Source of the DNA: Chrysomallon squamiferum
Taxonomy: Eukaryota > Animalia > Mollusca
NCBI GenBank assembly: GCA_012295275.1
Contig: CM022665.1
Location: 45,632,001-45,696,000, forward strand
Reading direction: 5' to 3'
DNA: 64,000 nucleotides
Shown here piece after piece: positions 53,293 through 64,000 of the stretch (position 1 is its first letter; every line of letters begins with the position of its first letter). Under the pieces are notes generated by a model that had not been told where the DNA came from, did no database searches, and saw nothing but the letters and a program-made list of their open reading frames with translations. A program made the translations under genes and the position numbers.

Positions 53293-53635
53293 TCAATAGC
53301 CGTAGCCCCACAACGCCGGCATGCATATCTTGCCGCACATGCTGACACGGCAGCATTTGTAGGTCCCTGTGCATTCGTAGTCGAAGATGCAACGTCGTAG
53401 ACAACTGTAACGCCTCCATGGGTAGATGAATGGACAGCGGCCTGGCTTATTTATCACTGGAAGAAAAATAATTTTTTTTTTTTTTTTTTTTTAAAGAAGC
53501 CAAAACGTTAAAAAAAAATGAATTAGTCAGAACAAATGAATGAAACGGAACGTTAATATAATATAGGATATGAGATAGAAATCTGAGGGGCATGATTACA
53601 ATATAACCAACAAAAACAAAATAATAATAATATAA

Positions 53636-53714
<79 letters not shown>

Positions 53715-55753
53715 AATAATAAACAACAAAATAAATAAATAAATAAATAACAAAATAAATAAATAAATAACAAAATAAATAAATAAATAAATAAATAACA
53801 AAATAAATAAATAAATAAAAATTAAATAAATAAATAAATAAAACAAAATTAGACATTTTAAAAATTATTTGGTTTTATACGGTACAGAATGGACTGCGTA
53901 ACCAAGACGTTATAAAAAAAACAGTTTGTTTCACACTTTAGAGCAGACTGTTCAAAACAAGTCAACACTGGTATGTACAGAATCAGAAGTCATTTAAGCC
54001 GTAACGTGTGTGCGTATGTGTCTGTGTGTGTGTCTGTGTGTGTGTATTTACGTTTCTTATGTACGTCTGATTAGATTCTGCACATAGACAGTATGTGGTA
54101 TGTATGTATGTATATATGTATGTATGTGTGTATGTATGTATGTATGTACGTATGTGTGTATGTATGTATGTATGTATATATATATGTATATATATACACA
54201 CATATATATGAGCTGTGGTTACTTACAGACACACTTGGGGTAGTACGGACAAATGGATCCGAGACATCGACGTTGTCGGAAAGCTCTGCACACGTATCCC
54301 GACTGGCAGGAGTGATACTGAAAGAAACGTCCAGCACGTGTGAGTGCACGTGTGTGCACGTGTGTGTGTGTGCGCGCGCGTGCGTACGTATTTAATGTAT
54401 ATACATACAAATCATAATATCAGCGTATATACGCATTGTAACTCAGAATATATCACTGTATTAAATCTATATCTATAACTATATATATATATACAACAGT
54501 ATATAGATAGATATATAGACAGATAGACAGATAGATAGATAGATAGATAGATAGACAGACAGATAGACAGATAGACAGATAAATAAATAGAGAGATAGAT
54601 AATATAATAGACAGATAGATATACATACATACAGACAGATAAATAGATAGATTGTTTCATAGTTAGATATATACAGAAAGAGAAAGATAGAGACAGCAGA
54701 TAGATAGACAGATAGATAGACAGATAGATAGACAGACAGACAGAAAGACAGATAGATAAATACAGATGTGAATATAAAGATATATCCAGCTGAAATTTGT
54801 ATCTGTCTACATGTCGATATCTCCGTTTCTCTCTCCATTTTCTTGTCTGTACCTCTTGTTTGCATAAGTATCAATGCACAGACATCTCTGCATTGTGCAC
54901 ACAATTACACAATTACACAATGACCTACCTACCCATGCAGTGTTTGCTTTATAAAACTACGTGTTTACCTGACAAACTTTCACTGAGCTGTAGTGAGCCT
55001 CAGCTACCAAAACGAGTACGCAGGCAGTGATCTGCAGTGAGAAAACAAATCAGTTACATTTCCCAGATCTGGTATTTACAGGCATTTGTTAAATACATTA
55101 GATAACGTATGTGGATGATAAACAATACGAAATATATCAGAGAGACAACTTACATAGGTAATAATACAACATATTGTTGAATACACGTTCTGTAACGTAA
55201 TAACAGAGAATATATGTATATATATATAGACTGTTTTTTTTGTTTTGTTTTCCTTTCATGGATAATAATAAAATAATTATGATACATTTTTTTAGTACAG
55301 ATAATAAAATATATTTGGTATACATGTATGTGTCTGTCTGTATCTCTGTGTGTGTGCCTGTGTGTGCATATATGTATGTATATATGTATGTATCTGTCTG
55401 TCAGTCTGCTTTTATCAACATGTATGTGCATGCACGTACCTATGTATGTAATCATGTATGTATGTATATACGTGTTTGCCTCACTGATAGTTGGTATGTT
55501 TGTATATACATATGTGTGTATGCTGTATGTACTGTTGTGTACGTCTCTCTGTCAGTCTGTAAGTAGGCAAAACAAACAGCCAAACAAACAAACAAATAAA
55601 AAGTTAAACAGTAGCACTTTACAAAAATATTTACCTAACTCTCGGAGAAAAAAAACACACACACACACACACACACAAAAAAAAAATATTTCGAAAGAAC
55701 AGATAGAAAATGCAACAACTTACAAGGAAAGCCACAAACTGTCTCGAAGCCAT
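53293..55753 (-). CDS. Secreted single-WAP protein, WAP gene 2 (115 aa)
   Basis: Exons 55753-55724, 55031-54969, 54317-54227, 53456-53293 (phases 0,0,1). Protein MASRQFVAFLITACVLVLVAEAHYSSVKVCQYHSCQSGYVCRAFRQRRCLGSICPYYPKCVLINKPGRCPFIYPWRRYSCLRRCIFDYECTGTYKCCRVSMCGKICMPALWGYGY, with the KPGxCP WAP signature. Confidence 0.87.
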
Positions 55754-55958
55754 GTTTGCAATCAGACCGGGATGATTCTGTGTGTGTGTGCAAGAGCTTC
55801 TACTTTTATTTCAAACAGATGCGGAAATGAAACGTACATGACAAAGCCGGTGCTATTCACAGAGACGCGGACGTCACAGAGATCGTTTCCTCCTTCTGTC
55901 CTTCTCTGACGGAATGCTTGTATGTTTGCTGCCGTGATTAAAAGAAAACGAATGTCAA

Positions 55959-57117
<1,159 letters not shown>

Positions 57118-57848
57118 AACAAACATACATACATACATAATCATTCATAAATATATATATATATATACACATACAAATATACATTCATATATACATATAA
57201 ATATATTCCTATCTCTCTATTTCTTTCTGTTATCCCTCGAATTCGATCTTCTTTCCATCCCTCTCCTTCTTTTTCTCTCTTTCCTTCTCACAGAGAGACA
57301 CAATCACATGCAAACACACATTACAAAATTTAAGGAAAAACAAATGCCTTTCTATTAATCTATTCATCTATATAACCTATATTATCTAACACTTCACAGT
57401 CTGTTGAACTTATTGCTATGGACTCCTCGTTTATAATGGCAAAACTTCTGGTCGTAAATTATGTTTAATGATATTAAAACAGATGAATAACCGGTATCAT
57501 GTTATAGACATAATAAAGGTATGATCGTCTTATTTAGTAGATTTGAGACGGTGAATGGTTGGGCCCTTTGTTGTATGTTTTACATGGTTTGTTTTTAGGA
57601 TCGGGCAGAGGTTATTAAAATACAGAGATATTTTCATTGCAGATCTGGGAGTATAATATTCACTGAATTATTTTCAGTGTGTAATGATTATAGACAAATC
57701 ATACAGACTTATCTTTCTACTTAGTTTATTTAGTCACTTTCTTCCAATATTTGTGTTAACTGTAGGCAGAAGGAGGTTTATCTCAAATATGTATATATAT
57801 ACACACACACACTCAAAAACATATATACATGCATACATATATACATAC

Positions 57849-57880
<32 letters not shown>

Positions 57881-58682
57881 TCATAAATACATAGATACAT
57901 TCATGCATATATACATAAACACATACACACAAACATACATATATACATATATTCATTCACACATGCATACATTAATAAATACATACATACACACATTCAC
58001 ACATACATATACACACACATATATACATACACACATACATACATACATACATTCATACATTCATATATACATTCATACATTCACACATACATACATTTTA
58101 TACATATTATAACGTACGATCGTGTTATTTCATAGCCAAGGAGACGGTGAGAAACTGGGCGCCTTTGTTTCATTGTTTTTTTTTACACGCTTTGCTATTA
58201 GTGTCAACTTGCCTCAGGGTCAAATGTCGTCAAAAACGTCTCTTTTAACGTTATACATCAGTATAACCAAGGGCTCACAAACCTGTGGCTATGCACGTGT
58301 GTTCTGTGCTGTGTAGTTTTCCTAATTACAGTGTATCAGAGATCGAGTAAAACGTAGTCGTACGTACATACAAGAAGAAGGTTTTCTTCGGTCGTTTGAA
58401 AACTAATAGATGAAATAACAGTACACTAGCGTGTCGCTAAAGTGCACGGAGTCATTCATTTAGCAGAGACACATGTTTTCTCCAACAGGAAAGGTTGCGC
58501 GTTCGACAAGGAAACGCTCTTCGTTTACGTGTGTGACTGGAAACAAGGATGCGTCTTGCATCGGTGATCAGTGATGTCATTAATGACGAGGAAACTGTCG
58601 TGATTACGTCACTACCTGTCCAACAGAGATTACTTGAACGCGTGGAATAACAAATGATATTACACATCACGTGGCGTTGCTG

Positions 58683-58718
<36 letters not shown>

Positions 58719-59239
58719 CTTAGTGAAAGGTTGTTGGGTAATGTTGTTTTCACCTTTCTTCTGTGTGTCTCGGTCTTTGTCTTGTCGATTTGTGGATGTT
58801 GAATATCTCCGCTACACCGAAAGTAGCCTGTTGCATTAAATACTGAAGAAAAATAAAATGTATATATTGGAAAGAGAGAGACAGTGATCAGCAAAACTCG
58901 AAGTTTGCAGTCTCGAGTCCTATCTGTGAAATCAGCGTGCTCGTATACAGAAACTAAGCTGCACTGTTTATGTGCAAATCACTGCAGTTTCTTACGTTTG
59001 ACTGACCAAACCTGCAACGTGGGTTCATTTTAATACGAAATATCATGCAAGATAAGAAAAGCTGACTTCACAACCGTTATTCTGGTGTATGATAGACATG
59101 TGGAGTCTGGCCATGCTTAGCGCAATGAAAGCAATGGGGGAAAGTGTGCAATAATATTATCGTAATTGTTGTAACGTAAAAAACTTTTTTTTAAAGGTAT
59201 GGTTCAGAAAAAAAGTCGATAAAACTACTTTCTACTGTT

Positions 59240-59446
59240 ATGGTCGTAACTATACTGAGGCAAAATGAGGCGAATGCTTCCTATCGAAACTGATGATTAT
59301 TTTATATCTACACAAAGACTTTGTTAAAAAAATATATATAAAATGTAATTAGCTACAGACAGGGATTTTTGCGTCTTTCAAGCAGGATTTTTTGTGGGGG
59401 CCTTAGGCTTGCCCACATTTTAAAAAAAGAGCTTAGTTAAGACCAT
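59240..59446. mobile_element. Possible short MITE
   Basis: Terminal inverted repeat atggtcgtaacta / tagttaagaccat (12/13 match); no convincing TSD. Confidence 0.35.
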
Positions 59447-60474
59447 GACTATGGTTTATTAATTTTCGTTTCTTTTGGGGGTTTTATGCAGAAAGGACAA
59501 AATCAATAAAAAAAAAAAAAAAAAAAAAAAAACTGACATAATGTACAGTCAGAGCATTACATTCTTATTAGTTCATGCGAGATGGGGTGGGGTGGGGTGG
59601 TCTATTTTCGGAAGAGAGGATTACACGTGAATGAATGGACAGATGTGTTTTGTTGACTGTTTTAAAGGAAACCACACGTAAAAGAATCCTTGCTGCAAAT
59701 CGTTATCCGTAACACACAGGATTTTACTTCGTTGTTAAAGAGTTATTTTATTCAGTATTCTCTGACTCTGTCTTTATTTCTCTCTCTAGATTTCTGTCTC
59801 TCTACCGATCACTCATTATTTGTCTCTGACTGTCAATCTGTCTATATATCTATCTATCTGTCTGTCAACCTATTTTTCTACCAATATATATATATATAAT
59901 TCTCGTTATCTTTCTTTGTCGCATGCATGTGAGTGCGCGAGTTCGGGTGTATGTGTTTGTGTGCGTGCGTGTGTGAGTGTGTATATATATATATATGTAT
60001 ATGTGTTTGTGTTTGTGTCTCTCTATATTTGTGTATGTGTGTATGTGTGTGTGTCTTTATATATATCGATATCTATATCTCTCTATGTATATGTATATAT
60101 ATATGTGTGTATGTATGTATGTGTGTGTGTGTTTGTGTGTTTGTGTGACATGTGATACCGTCATATAAACATATATCGACTAGAAGCAAAGAGTTATTCT
60201 AAAACGGTAGACACTCACATGTCAACATACCACAGGTTCTGATAAACGAGACACAAAACTCTGTTTCGAACGGAATTTGTCACACACACACACACACACA
60301 CACACAAACCTGGCACACTAAATTTTAAACGGATCATGCAATCCGCCATGATCCGAGCTACTACTTCACTTAACAACAAAACAACAACAATATAAAAATA
60401 TATTAAAAAATACTTTTTTTTATTATTATTATTATTATTTAATTTTTATTGTTTTTGGCTTTTTTTTTATAAAT

Positions 60475-63236
<2,762 letters not shown>

Positions 63237-63279
63237 GCTGGACACGTCTACTGGGTAACCCGTTGTATGCTGGTCAGTC

Positions 63280-63285
63280 TTTATA
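63280..63285 (-). promoter_or_regulatory. TATA box of WAP gene 3
   Basis: TATAAA on the minus strand ~45 bp upstream of ATG 63236. Confidence 0.5.
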
Positions 63286-63740
63286 AGCTATCAAGCCGGA
63301 TACGGGATGAACAAAGTTGTTTATGTATCCGGGATGCAAAAGCAATTAGAGATCACCAGCACAGTCATGTCGTCACTTACCTATCCGAGGAGAAACCTTG
63401 AGTTCAACCCGGACACAGATCAGAGATAAACAGTCGTTTTGAACATTGTTTACGTGTTTGTGTGAAGGTGTGAATAACAACAACGACAACAACGATGACG
63501 ACGACAACAACAACAGCCAGAACAACAACAACAACAACAGCAACAACGAGACCACAACTAACTGCCATTACTAAACTAATACTACTAATACTATTAATAA
63601 TAATCATATTAATAAGTAAATAAATAAATCGTGATAAATGTGTGAATGTATGTTTGAACAAAAATATGTGTGTATATGTATATGACTGGATAGATATCTA
63701 TATATGAATGATTATATGGACGTATCTGTAAACATATAAT

Positions 63741-63828
<88 letters not shown>

Positions 63829-64000
63829 CCATATTATCCATACACCCATCGTTTTATCTCCATTTATTTACTTATTTATTTATTTATTTAATTATTTATT
63901 TACTTGTGTATTCAAGTCAGTATGCACATGACTTAATAAATCATCCTTGTACCAAATCACAGTGAGAACAATTTTACAACACAGTAGATGCTGTCAGTAT

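Noticed and set aside
58120-59150. Higher-complexity, CpG-containing intergenic stretch between WAP genes 2 and 3
   Set aside because: I could not find family exons, an RNA-gene fold or terminal repeats. It might be regulatory or TE-derived, but this cannot be supported by eye.

Overview
AT-rich, microsatellite-rich eukaryotic (animal) genomic DNA with GT-AG introns. The domain content suggests a lophotrochozoan, probably a mollusc (inference only). Almost all long ORFs in the supplied track are microsatellite artefacts; the real genes are spliced. Positions ~0.6-44.4 kb hold a birth-and-death array of about 14 copies of a two-exon gene for a small (205-216 aa) secreted protein: signal peptide + one PAN/apple domain + one kringle, with no protease domain (an HGF-NK1-like architecture). 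Seven copies look intact; the rest are pseudogenes or fragments. Copies left of ~18 kb are on the minus strand and those to the right are on the plus strand. Interleaved and distal (9.8-63.2 kb) is a second family of four-exon secreted Cys-rich genes. They share a signal peptide plus a 6-Cys module (intron phases 0,0,1) but end in different last exons: a Lustrin-type Cys repeat, one WAP domain or two WAP domains. The array is built from a multigene cassette present about three times (once inverted), plus MITEs, minisatellites and one scrambled exon that may be an assembly artefact. All exon models were derived by eye from splice sites and reading-frame consistency; there is no transcript support.
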